Assembly: GCF_009914755.1 (NCBI RefSeq)
Contig: NC_060928.1
DNA from: the human T2T-CHM13v2.0 reference genome, Homo sapiens
Reading direction: 5' to 3' (one strand)
DNA length: 64,000 bases
The translations under genes and the position numbers were made by a program. Positions 14,701-28,429 of this stretch are shown in pieces. The first letter of the stretch is position 1. Each line of letters starts with the position of its first letter. A model generated the notes under the pieces. It ran no database searches, was not told the DNA's origin, and was given only the letters and a program-made list of their open reading frames with translations.

Positions 14701-17700
14701 TTTTATGTACAGTATGTAATACATAATTTGGGTAATTTAATATTTTATTTATAGTATATAATACATACTTTGTGTACCTTGATATTTTATGGACAGTGTA
14801 TAATACATACTTTGGGTACTCTGATATTTTATGTACAGTGTATAATATATAGTTTGGGTACTTTGATAATTTATGTGCAGTATATAGTTTGAGTACTTTG
14901 ATATTTTATGTACAGTTTATTATCAATGTTTGGTTACTTTCACATTTTATGTACAGTATATAATACATAATTTGGGCACTTTGATATTTTATGTACAGTA
15001 TATAATACATACTTTGGGTACTTTTGTATTTTATGTACAGTATATAATACATAGTTTGGGTACTTTGATATTTAATGTATAGTATATAATACACACTTTG
15101 CGTACTTTGATATTTTATGTAAAGTATGTAATACATACTTTGGGTACTTTGATATTTTATGTACACTATGTAATACACACTTTGGGTACTTTGATATGTT
15201 ATGTACAGTATGTAAAACATACTTTGGGTAGTTTGGTATTTTATGATCAGTATATAATACATATTTTGGGTACTTTGATATTTTATGTACAGTATATAAT
15301 ACATACTTTGGGTACTTTGATAGTTTATGTACAGTATATAATGCATAATTTGGATACTTTTATAGTTTATGCACAGTATATAATACATACTTTGGGTACT
15401 TTGATATTTTATCTACAGTATATAATGCATACTTTGGGTACTTTGATAGTTTATGTACAGTATACAATACATACTTTGGGTACTTTGATATTTTATGTAC
15501 AGTATATAATATGTAGTTTGGGTACTTTGATATTTTAACTACAGTATATAATACATACTTTGGGTACTTTGATATTTTATCTACAGTATATAATACATAC
15601 TTTGGGTACTTTGACATATCATGTACAGTATATAATACATAGTTTGGGTACTTTGGTATTTTTTGTACAGTATGTAAAACATAATTTGGGGAGTTTGATA
15701 TTTTATGAACAGTATATAATACACATTTTGGGTACTTTGATATTTTATGTACAGTATATAATACATACTTTGGGTACTTTGATATTTTATGTACAGTATA
15801 TAATACATACTTTGGGTACTTTGATATTTTATGTACAGTATATAATACATACATTGGGTACTTCGATATTTTATGTGCAGTACACTATATATAGTTTGGG
15901 TACTTTGATATTTTATGTCCAGTATAAAATAAATAGTTTTGGTACTTTGATATTTTATGTACAGTATATAGTTTGAGTACTTTGATATTTAATGTACAGT
16001 TTATTATAAATGTTTGGGTGCTTTCATATTTTATATACAGTATATAATACATACTTTGGGCACTTTGATATTTTATGTACAGTATATAATACATTCTTTG
16101 GGTACTTTCATATTTTATGTACGGTATATAATACATACATTGGGTACTTTGATATTTTATGTACAGTATATAATATATAGTTTGGGTACTTTGATATTTT
16201 ATATACAGTATATAATATATATTATGTGTACTTTGATATATTATGTACAGTATATAATATATAGTTTGGGTTGTTTGATATTTTATGTACAGTATATAAT
16301 ATATAGTTTGGGTAGTTTGATATTTTAAGTAGAGTTTGTAATATATACTTTGTGTAATTTAATATTTTATGTACAGTATACAATATATAGTATTGGTACT
16401 TTGATATTTCATGTAAAGTATATAGTTTGAGTACTTTGATATTTTATATAGAGTTTATTATAAAAGTTTGGGTACCTTCATATTTTATGTACAGTATATA
16501 ATACATACTTTGGGAACTTTTATTTTATGTGCAGTATATAATACATACTTTGGGTACTTTGATATTTTATGTGCAGTATATAATACACACTTTGGGGACT
16601 TTGATATTTTATGTACAGTATATAATACACACTTTGGGTACTTTGATATTTTATGTACAGTATATAATACATACTTGGGTACTTTGATATTTTTTGTACA
16701 GTATATAATACATACTTTGGGTACTTTAATATTTTATGTATAGTATATAATACATACTTTGTGTAGTTTGATATTTTATGTACAGTATACAATATATAGT
16801 TTGAGTACTTTGATATTTTATGTCCAGTATAAAATATATAGTTTTCCTAATTGATATTTTATGTACAGAATATAGTTTGAGTACTTTGATATTTTATGTA
16901 CACTTTATTATAAATGTTTGGGTACTTTCATATTTTATGTACAGTATATAATACATACTTTGGTCTCTTTGATGTTTTATGTACAGTATATAATACATAC
17001 TTTGGGTTCTTTGATATTTTATGTGCAGAATATAATGCATAGTTTTAGGTACTTTTATATTTTATGTACAGTATATAATACATACTTTGGGTACTTTGAT
17101 ATTTTATGTACAGTATACAATACATACTTTGGGAACTTTGATATTTTATGTACAGTATGTAATACATACTTTGGGTACTTTGATATTTTATGTACAGTAT
17201 ATAATACATATTATTGGTACTTTGATATTTTATGTACAGTATACAATATATAGTTTGAGTACTTTGATATTTTATGTCCAGTATAAAATACATAGATTTC
17301 ATACTTTGATATTTTATGTACAGAATATAGTTTGAGTACTTTGATATTTTATGTACACTTTATCATAAAAGTTAGGGTACTTTCATATTTTACGTACAGT
17401 ATATAATACATACTTTGGGCACTTTGATGTTTTATGTACAGTATATAATACATACTTTGTGTTCTTTGATATGTTATGTACAGCATATAGTACATAATTT
17501 GGGGACTTTTATATTTTATGTACATTATATAATACATACTTTGGGTACTTTTATATTTTATGTACGGTATATAATGCATACTTTGGGTACTTTGATATAT
17601 TATGTACAGTATATAATACATACTTTGCGTACTTTGATATATTATGAACAGTATATAATACATACTTAGGGTACTTTGACATTTTATGTACAGTACATAA

Positions 17701-20700
17701 TACATACTTTGGGTACTTTGATATTTTATGTACAGTATATAATACATACTTTGTGTACTTTGATATTTTATGTACAGTATAAAATACATATTTTGGGTAC
17801 TTTTATATTTTATGTACAGTATATAATATATAGTTTGGGTACTTTGATATTTTATGTACGGTATATAATACATACTTTGGGTACTTTGATATTTTATGTA
17901 CAGTATATAATACATACTTTTGTACTTTGATATTTTATGTACAGTATATAATACATACTTTGGGTACTTTGATATTTAATGTACAGTATATAATACACAC
18001 TTTGCGTACTTTGATATTTTATGTAAAGTATGTAATACATACTTTGGGTACTTTGATATTTTATGTACAGTATGTAATACACACTTTGGGTACTTTGATA
18101 TTTTATGTAAAGTATGTAAAACATACTTTGGGTAGTTTGGTATTTTATGATCATTATATAATACATATTTTGGGTACTTTGATATTTTATGTACAGTATA
18201 TAATACATACTTTGGGTACTTTGATATTTTATGTACAGTATATAATGCATACTTTGGATACTTTGATATTTTATGTACAGTATATAATACATACTTTGGG
18301 TACTTTGATATTTTATGTACAGTATGTAATACATAATTTGGGTAATTTAATATTTTATTTATAGTATATAATACATACTTTGGGTACCTTGATATTTTAT
18401 GGACAGTGTATAATACATACTTTGGGTACTCTGATATTTTATGTACAGTGTATAATATATAGTTTGGGTACTTTGATAATTTATGTGCAGTATATAGTTT
18501 GAGTACTTTGATATTTTATGTACAGTTTATTATCAATGTTTGGTTACTTTCACATTTTATGTACAGTATATAATACATAATTTGGGCACTTTGATATTTT
18601 ATGTACAGTATATAATACATACTTTGGGTACTTTTGTATTTTATGTACAGTATATAATACATAGTTTGGGTACTTTGATATTTAATGTATAGTATATAAT
18701 ACACACTTTGCGTACTTTCATATTTTATGTAAAGTATGTAATACATACTTTGGGTACTTTGATATTTTATGTACACTATGTAATACACACTTTGGGTACT
18801 TTGATATGTTATGTACAGTATGTAAAACATACTTTGGGTAGTTTGGTATTTTATGATCAGTATATAATACATACTTTGGGAACTTTGATATTTTATGTAC
18901 AGTATATAATACATACTTTGGGTACTTTGATAGTTTATGTACAGTATAAAATACATATTTTGGGTACTTTTATATTTTATGTACAGTATATAATATATAG
19001 TTTGGGTACTTTGATATTTTATGTACGGTATATAATACATACTTTGGGTACTTTGATATTTTATGTACAGTATATAATACATACTTTTGTACTTTGATAT
19101 TTTATGTACAGTATATAATACATACTTTGGGTACTTTGATATTTAATGTACAGTATATAATACACACTTTGCGTACTTTGATATTTTATGTAAAGTATGT
19201 AATACATACTTTGGGTACTTTGATATTTTATGTACAGTATGTAATACACACTTTGGGTACTTTGATATTTTATGTAAAGTATGTAAAACATACTTTGGGT
19301 AGTTTGGTATTTTATGATCATTATATAATACATATTTTGAGTACTTTGATATTTTATGTACAGTATATAATACATACTTTGGGTACTTTGATATTTTATG
19401 TACAGTATATAATGCATACTTTGGATACTTTGATATTTTATGTACAGTATATAATACATACTTTGGGTACTTTGATATTTTATGTACAGTATGTAATACA
19501 TAATTTGGGTAATTTAATATTTTATTTATAGTATATAATACATACTTTGGGTACCTTGATATTTTATGGACAGTGTATAATACATACTTTGGGTACTCTG
19601 ATATTTTATGTACAGTGTATAATATATAGTTTGGGTACTTTGATAATTTATGTGCAGTATATAGTTTGAGTACTTTGATATTTTATGTACAGTTTATTAT
19701 CAATGTTTGGTTACTTTCACATTTTATGTACAGTATATAATACATAATTTGGGCACTTTGATATTTTATGTACAGTACATAATACATACTTTGCGTACTT
19801 TTGTATTTTATGTACAGTATATAATACATAGTTTGGGTACTTTGATATTTAATGTATAGTATATAATACACACTTTGCGTACTTTGATATTTTATGTAAA
19901 GTATGTAATACATACTTTGGGTACTTTGATATTTTATGTACACTATGTAATACTCACTTTGGGTACTTTGATATGTTATGTACAGTATGTAAAACATACT
20001 TTGGGTAGTTTGGTATTTTATGATCAGTATATAATACATATTTTGGGTACTTTGATATTTTATGTACAGTATATAATACATACTTTGGGTACTTTGATAG
20101 TTTATGTACAGTATATAATGCATAATTTGGATACTTTTATAGTTTATGCACAGTATATAATACATACTTTGGGTACTTTGATATTTTATCTACAGTATAT
20201 AATGCATACTTTGGGTACTTTGATAGTTTATGTACAGTATACAATACATACTTTGGGTACTTTGATATTTTATGTACAGTATATAATATGTAGTTTGGGT
20301 ACTTTGATATTTTAACTACAGTATATAATACATACTTTGGGTACTTTGATATTTTATCTACAGTATATAATACATACTTTGGGTACTTTGACATATCATG
20401 TACAGTATATAATACATAGTTTGGGTACTTTGGTATTTTTTGTACAGTATGTAAAACATAATTTGGGGAGTTTGATATTTTATGAACAGTATATAATACA
20501 CATTTTGGGTACTTTGATATTTTATGTACAGTATATAATACATACTTTGGGTACTTTGATATTTTATGTACAGTATATAATACATACTTTGGGTACTTTG
20601 ATATTTTATGTACAGTATATAATACATACATTGGGTACTTCGATATTTTATGTGCAGTACACTATATATAGTTTGGGTACTTTGATATTTTATGTCCAGT

Positions 20701-23028
20701 ATAAAATAAATAGTTTTGGTACTTTGATATTTTATGTACAGTATATAGTTTGAGTACTTTGATATTTAATGTACAGTTTATTATAAATGTTTGGGTGCTT
20801 TCATATTTTATATACAGTATATAATACATACTTTGGGCACTTTGATATTTTATGTACAGTATATAATACATTCTTTGGGTACTTTCATATTTTATGTACG
20901 GTATATAATACATACATTGGGTACTTTGATATTTTATGTACAGTATATAATATATAGTTTGGGTACTTTGATATTTTATATACAGTATATAATATATATT
21001 ATGTGTACTTTGATATATTATGTACAGTATATAATATATAGTTTGGGTTGTTTGATATTTTATGTACAGTATATAATATATAGTTTGGGTAGTTTGATAT
21101 TTTAAGTAGAGTTTGTAATATATACTTTGTGTAATTTAATATTTTATGTACAGTATACAATATATAGTATTGGTACTTTGATATTTCATGTAAAGTATAT
21201 AGTTTGAGTACTTTGATATTTTATATAGAGTTTATTATAAAAGTTTGGGTACCTTCATATTTTATGTACAGTATATAATACATACTTTGGGAACTTTTAT
21301 TTTATGTGCAGTATATAATACATACTTTGGGTACTTTGATATTTTATGTGCAGTATATAATACACACTTTGGGGACTTTGATATTTTATGTACAGTATAT
21401 AATACACACTTTGGGTACTTTGATATTTTATGTACAGTATATAATACATACTTGGGTACTTTGATATTTTTTGTACAGTATATAATACATACTTTGGGTA
21501 CTTTAATATTTTATGTATAGTATATAATACATACTTTGTGTAGTTTGATATTTTATGTACAGTATACAATATATAGTTTGAGTACTTTGATATTTTATGT
21601 CCAGTATAAAATATATAGTTTTCCTAATTGATATTTTATGTACAGAATATAGTTTGAGTACTTTGATATTTTATGTACACTTTATTATAAATGTTTGGGT
21701 ACTTTCATATTTTATGTACAGTATATAATACATACTTTGGTCTCTTTGATGTTTTATGTACAGTATATAATACATACTTTGGGTTCTTTGATATTTTATG
21801 TGCAGAATATAATGCATAGTTTTAGGTACTTTTATATTTTATGTACAGTATATAATACATACTTTGGGTACTTTGATATTTTATGTACAGTATACAATAC
21901 ATACTTTGGGAACTTTGATATTTTATGTACAGTATGTAATACATACTTTGGGTACTTTGATATTTTATGTACAGTATATAATACATATTATTGGTACTTT
22001 GATATTTTATGTACAGTATACAATATATAGTTTGAGTACTTTGATATTTTATGTCCAGTGTAAAATACATAGATTTCATACTTTGATATTTTATGTACAG
22101 AATATAGTGTGAGTACTTTGATATTTTATGTACACTTTATCATAAAAGTTTGGGTACTTTCATATTTTACGTACAGTATATAATACATACTTTGGGCACT
22201 TTGATGTTTTATGTACAGTATATAATACATACTTTGTGTTCTTTGATATGTTATGTACAGCATATAGTACATAATTTGGGGACTTTTATATTTTATGTAC
22301 ATTATATAATACATACTTTGGGTACTTTTATATTTTATGTACGGTATATAATGCATACTTTGGGTACTTTGATATATTATGTACAGTATATAATACATAC
22401 TTTGCGTACTTTGATATATTATGTACAGTATATAATACATACTTAGGGTACTTTGACATTTTATGTACAGTACATAATACATACTTTGGGTACTTTGATA
22501 TTTTATGTACAGTATATAATACATACTTTGTGTACTTTGATATTTTATGTACAGTATAAAATACATATTTTGGGTACTTTTATATTTTATGTACAGTATA
22601 TAATATATAGTTTGGGTACTTTGATATTTTATGTACGGTATATAATACATACTTTGGGTACTTTGATATTTTATGTACAGTATATAATACATACTTTTGT
22701 ACTTTGATATTTTATGTACAGTATATAATACATACTTTGGGTACTTTGATATTTAATGTACAGTATATAATACACACTTTGCGTACTTTGATATTTTATG
22801 TAAAGTATGTAATACATACTTTGGGTACTTTGATATTTTATGTACAGTATGTAATACACACTTTGGGTACTTTGATATTTTATGTAAAGTATGTAAAACA
22901 TACTTTGGGTAGTTTGGTATTTTATGATCATTATATAATACATATTTTGGGTACTTTGATATTTTATGTACAGTATATAATACATACTTTGGGTACTTTG
23001 ATATTTTATGTACAGTATATAATGCATA

Positions 23029-26000
23029 ATTTGGGTACTTCAACAGTTTATGCACAGCATATAATACATATTTTGGGTAATTTGATATTTTATGTACAGT
23101 ATATAATGCATACTTTGGGTACTTTGATAGTTTATGTACAGTATACAATACATACTTTGGGTACTTTGATATTTTTTGTACAGTATATAATATGTAGTTT
23201 GGGTACTTTGATATTTTAACTGCAGTATATAATACATACTTTGGGTACTTTGATATTTTATCTACAGTATATAATAGATACTTTGGGTACTTTGATATAT
23301 TATGTACAGTATATAATACATAGTTTGGTTACTTTGATATTTTTTGTACAGTATGTAAATCATACTTTGGGGAGTTTGATATTTTATGAAAAGTATATAA
23401 TACACATTTTGGGTACTTTGATATTTTATGTACGGTATATAATACATACTTTGGGTACTTTGATATTTTATGTACAGTATATAATTCATACTTTGGGTAC
23501 TTTGATATTTTATGTACAGTATATAATACATACATTGGGTACTTCGATATTTTATGTGCAGTAACCTATGTATAGTTTGGGTACTTTGATATTTTATGTC
23601 CAGTATAAAATAAATAGTTTTGGTACTTTGATATTTTATGTACAGTATATAGTTTGAGTACTTTCATATTTAATGTTCAGTTTATTATAAATGTTTGGGT
23701 GCTTTCATATTTTATATAGAGTATATAATACATACTTTGGGCACTTTGATATTTTCTGTACAGTATATAATACATACTTTGGGTACTTTGATATTTTATG
23801 TACGGTATATAATACATACATTGGGTACTTTGATATTTTATGTACAGTATATAATATATAGTTTGGTTACTTTGATATTTTATAGACAGTATATAATATA
23901 TATTATCTGTACTTTGATAAATTATGTACAGTATATAATATATAGTATGGGTTGTTTGATATTTTATGTACAGTATATAATATATAGTTTGGGTAGTTTG
24001 ATATTTTTAGTACAGTATGTAATATATAGTTTGTTTTATTTGATATTTTATGTACAGTATACAATACATAGTGTTGGTACTTTGATATTTCATGTAAAGT
24101 ATATAATTTGAGTACTTTGATATTTTATATGCAGTTTATTATAAATGTTTGGGTACCTTCATATTTTATGTACAGTATATAATACATACTTTGGGAACTT
24201 TTATTTTATGTGCAGTATATAATACATACTTTGGGTACTTTGATATTTTATGTACAGTATATAATATATACTTTGGGAACTTTGATATTTTATGTACAGT
24301 ATGTAAAACATACTTCGGGTACTTTGATATTTTATGTACAGTACATAATACATACTATTGGTACTTTGATATTTTATGTACATTATACAATATATAGTTT
24401 GAGTACTTTGATATTTTATGTCCAGGATAAAATATATAGATTTCATACTTTAATATTTTATGTACAGAAGATAGTTTGAGTACTTTGATATTGTATGTAC
24501 ACTTTATTATAAAAGTTTGGGTACTTTCATATTTTACGTACAGTACATAATACACACTTTGGGCACTTTGATGTTTTATGTACAGTATATAATACATACT
24601 TTAGGTTCTTTTATATTTTATGTACAGCATATAATACAAAATTTGGGGACTTTTATATTTTATGTACATTATATAATACATACTTTGGGTACTTTTATAT
24701 TTTATGTACGGTATATAATACATACTTTGGGTACTTTGATATATTATGTACAGTATATAATACATACTTAGGGTACTTTGACATTTTATGTACAGTATAT
24801 AATACATACTTTGGGTACTTTGATATTTTATGAACAGTATATAAAACATACTTTGGGTACTTTGATATTTTATGTACTGTATATAATACATACTTTGGGT
24901 ACTTTTATATTTTATGTACAGTATATAATATATAGTTTGGGTACTTTGATATTTTATGTACGGTATATAATACATACGTTGGGTACTTTGATATTTTATG
25001 TATAGTATATAATACATTCTTTGGGTACTTTGATATTGTATGTACAGTATACAATATATAGTTTGAGTACTTTGATATTTTATGTACTGTATAAAATATA
25101 TAGTTTTGGTACTTTGATATTTTATGTATAGTATATAGTTTGAGTACTTTGATATTTTATGTACAGTTTTTTATAAATATTTGGGTGCTTTCATATTTTA
25201 TGTACAGTATATAATACATACAAAGCGCACTTTGATATTTTATGTACAGTATATAATACATACTTTGGGTACTCTGATATTTTATGTACAGTGTATAATA
25301 CATACTTTGGGTACTTTGATATTTTATGTACAATATATAATACATACGTTGGGAACTTTGATATATTATGTACAGTATATAATTCATACTTTGGGTACTT
25401 TGATATTTTATGTACAGTATATAATACATAGTTTGTGTACTTTGATATTTTATGTACAGTATATAATACATACTTTGGGTACTTTGATATTTTATATACA
25501 GTATATAATACATACTTTGGGTACTTTCATATTTTATGTACAGTATATAATACATACTTTGGGTAGTTTGATATTTTATGTACAGTATACAATATATAGT
25601 TTGAGTACTTTGATATTTTATGTGCAGTATAAAATATATAGTTTTGGTACTTTGATATTTTATGTACAGTTTATACTTTGAATACTTTGATATTTTATGT
25701 ACAGTTTATTATAAATGTTTGGGTACTTTCATATTTGATGTACAGTATATAATACATAATCTGGGCACTTTGATATTTTATGTACAGTATATAATACATA
25801 CTTTGGGTACTTTGATATTTTATGTACAGTATATAATACATACTTTGGGTATCTTGATATTTTATGTACAGTATATAATGCATACTTTGGGTTCTTTGAT
25901 ATTTTATGTACAGTATATAATGCATACTTTGAGTACTTTGATATTTTATATACAGTATATAATACATACTTTGGGTACTTTCATATTTTATGTACAGTAT

Positions 26001-26280
26001 ATAATACATACTTTGTGTAGTTTCATATTTTATGTACAGTATACAATATATAGTTTGAGTACTTTGATATTTTATGTCCAGTATAAAATATATAGTTTTC
26101 GTAATTGATATTTTATGTACAGAATATACTTTGAGTACTTTGATATTTTATGTACACTTTATTATAAATGTTTGGGTACTTTCATATTTTATGTACAGTA
26201 TATAATACATACTTTGGTCTCTTTGATGTTTTATGTACAGTATATAATACATACTTTGGGTTCTTTGATATTTTATGTGC
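23029..26280. repeat. Dispersed intra-array duplication, related copy at about 47118-50480
   Basis: ORF starts 23241/47330, 23695/47784, 24149/48238 and 24517/48606 are offset by 24,089, then by 24,131 (+1 monomer) at 24778/48909 and 25181/49312. Shared rare variants include GTCCAGGATAAA and ATACAAAATTTGGGG. Edges approximate. Confidence 0.75.
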
Positions 26281-28429
26281 AGAATATAATGCATAGTTTT
26301 AGGTACTTTTATATTTTATGTACAGTATATAATACATACTTTTCGTACTTTGATATTTTATGTACAGTATATAATACATACTTTGGGTACTTTTATATTT
26401 TATGTACAGTATATAATACATACTTTGGGTACTTTGATATATTATGTACAGTATATAATACATAATTTGTCTACTGTGATATATTATGTACAGTATATAA
26501 TACATACTTTGGGTACTTTGATATTTTATGTACAGAATATAATGCATACTTTGGGTACTTTGATATTTTATGTACAGTATATAATACATACTTTGGGTAC
26601 TTTGATATTTTATGTACAGTATATAATACATACTTTGGTACTTTTATATTTCATGTACAGTATATAATATATAGTTTGGGTACTTTGATATTTTATGTAC
26701 AGTATATAATATATAGTTTGGGTACTTTGATATTTTATGTACGGTATATAATACATACTTTGGGTACTTTGATATTTTATGTATAGTATATAATACATAC
26801 TTTGGGTACTTTGATATTGTATGTACAGTATACAATATATAGTTTGAGTACTTTGATATTTTATGTACTGTATAAAATATATAGTTTTGGTACTTTGATA
26901 TTTTATGTATAGTATATAGTTTGAGTACTTTGATATTTTATGTACAGTTTTTTATAAATATTTGGGTGCTTTCTTATTTTATGTACAGTATATAATACAT
27001 ACTAAGCGCACTTTGATATTTTATGTACAGTATAGAATACATACTTTGGTTACTCTGATATTTTATGTACAGTGTATAATACATACTTTGGGTACTTTGA
27101 TATTTTATGTACAATATATAATACATACGTTGGGAACTTTGATATATTATGTACAGTATATAATTCATACTTTGGGTACTTTGATATTTTATGTACAGTA
27201 TATAATGCATAGTTTGTGTACTTTGATATTTTATGTACAGTATATAATACATACTTTGGGTACTTTGATATTTTATATACAGTATATAATACATACTTTG
27301 GGTACTTTCATATTTTATGTACAGTATATAATATATAGTTTGGGTACTTTGATATTTTATCTACAGCTTCTAATACATACTTTGGGTACTTTGATATTTT
27401 ATGTACAGTATATAATACATACTTTGGGTAGTTTGATATTTTATGTATAGTATACAATATATAGTTTGAGTACTTTCATATTTTATCTGCAGTATAAAAT
27501 ATATAGTTTTGGTACTTTGATATTTTATGTACAGTTTATAGTTTGAGTACTTTGATATTTTATGTACAGTTTATTATAAATGTTTGGGTACTTTCATATT
27601 TGATGTACAGTATATAATACATAATTTGGGCACTTTGATATTTTATGTACAGTATATAATACATACTTTGGGTACTTTTATATTTTATGTTCAGTATATA
27701 ATACATAATTTGGGTACTTTGATATTTAATGTACAGTATATAATACACACTTTGCGTACTTTGATATTTTATGTAAAGCATGTAATACATACTTTGGGCA
27801 CTTTGATATTTTATGTACAGTATGTAATACACACTTTGGGTACTTTGATATTTTATGTACAGTATGTAAAAGATACTTTGGGTAGTTTGATATATTATGT
27901 ACAGTATATAATACATACTTTGGGTACTCTGATATTTTATGTACAGTGTATAATACATACTTTGGGTACTTTGATATTTTATGTACAGTATATAATACAT
28001 ACATTGGGTACTTTGATATATTATGTACAGTATATAATACTTGGGGTACTTTGATATTTTATGTACAGTATATAATACATACTTTGTGTACTTTGATATT
28101 TTATGTACAGTATATAATACATACTTTGGGTACTTTGATATTTTATGTACAGTATATAATACATACTTTGGGTATCTTGATATTTTATATACAGTATATA
28201 ATGCATACTTTGGGTACTTTGATATTTTATGTACAGTATATAATGCATACTTTGAGTACTTTGATATTTTATGTACAGCATGTAATACATACTTTGGGTA
28301 CTTTGATATTTTTTGTACAGTATGTAATACATAATTTGGGTACTTTAATATTTTATGTATAGTATATAATACATACTTCGGGTTCTTTGATATTTTATGT
28401 ACAGTATATAATACATACATTGGGTACCT

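Larger units (their letters stand above)
1..23028. repeat. Homogeneous higher-order repeat array, 4,777-bp period (115 monomers), about 4.8 copies
   Basis: ORF-track entries recur at exact 4,777 offsets (575/5352/10129/14906/19683; 1683/6460/11237/16014/20791; 3018/7795/12572/17349/22126). Landmark spacings 1084+454+450+455+1167+1167 = 4777, i.e. 26+11+11+11+28+28 monomers. Copies: 582-5358, 5359-10135, 10136-14912, 14913-19689, plus partial 19690-23028 and 1-581. Confidence 0.95.

Noticed and set aside
1-23028. Possibility that the 4,777-bp array is purely an assembly duplication artefact
   Set aside because: The copies carry distinct, linked variants (A/B pattern, unique first and last copies), which favours real repeats. 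Exact copy number still needs spanning reads.
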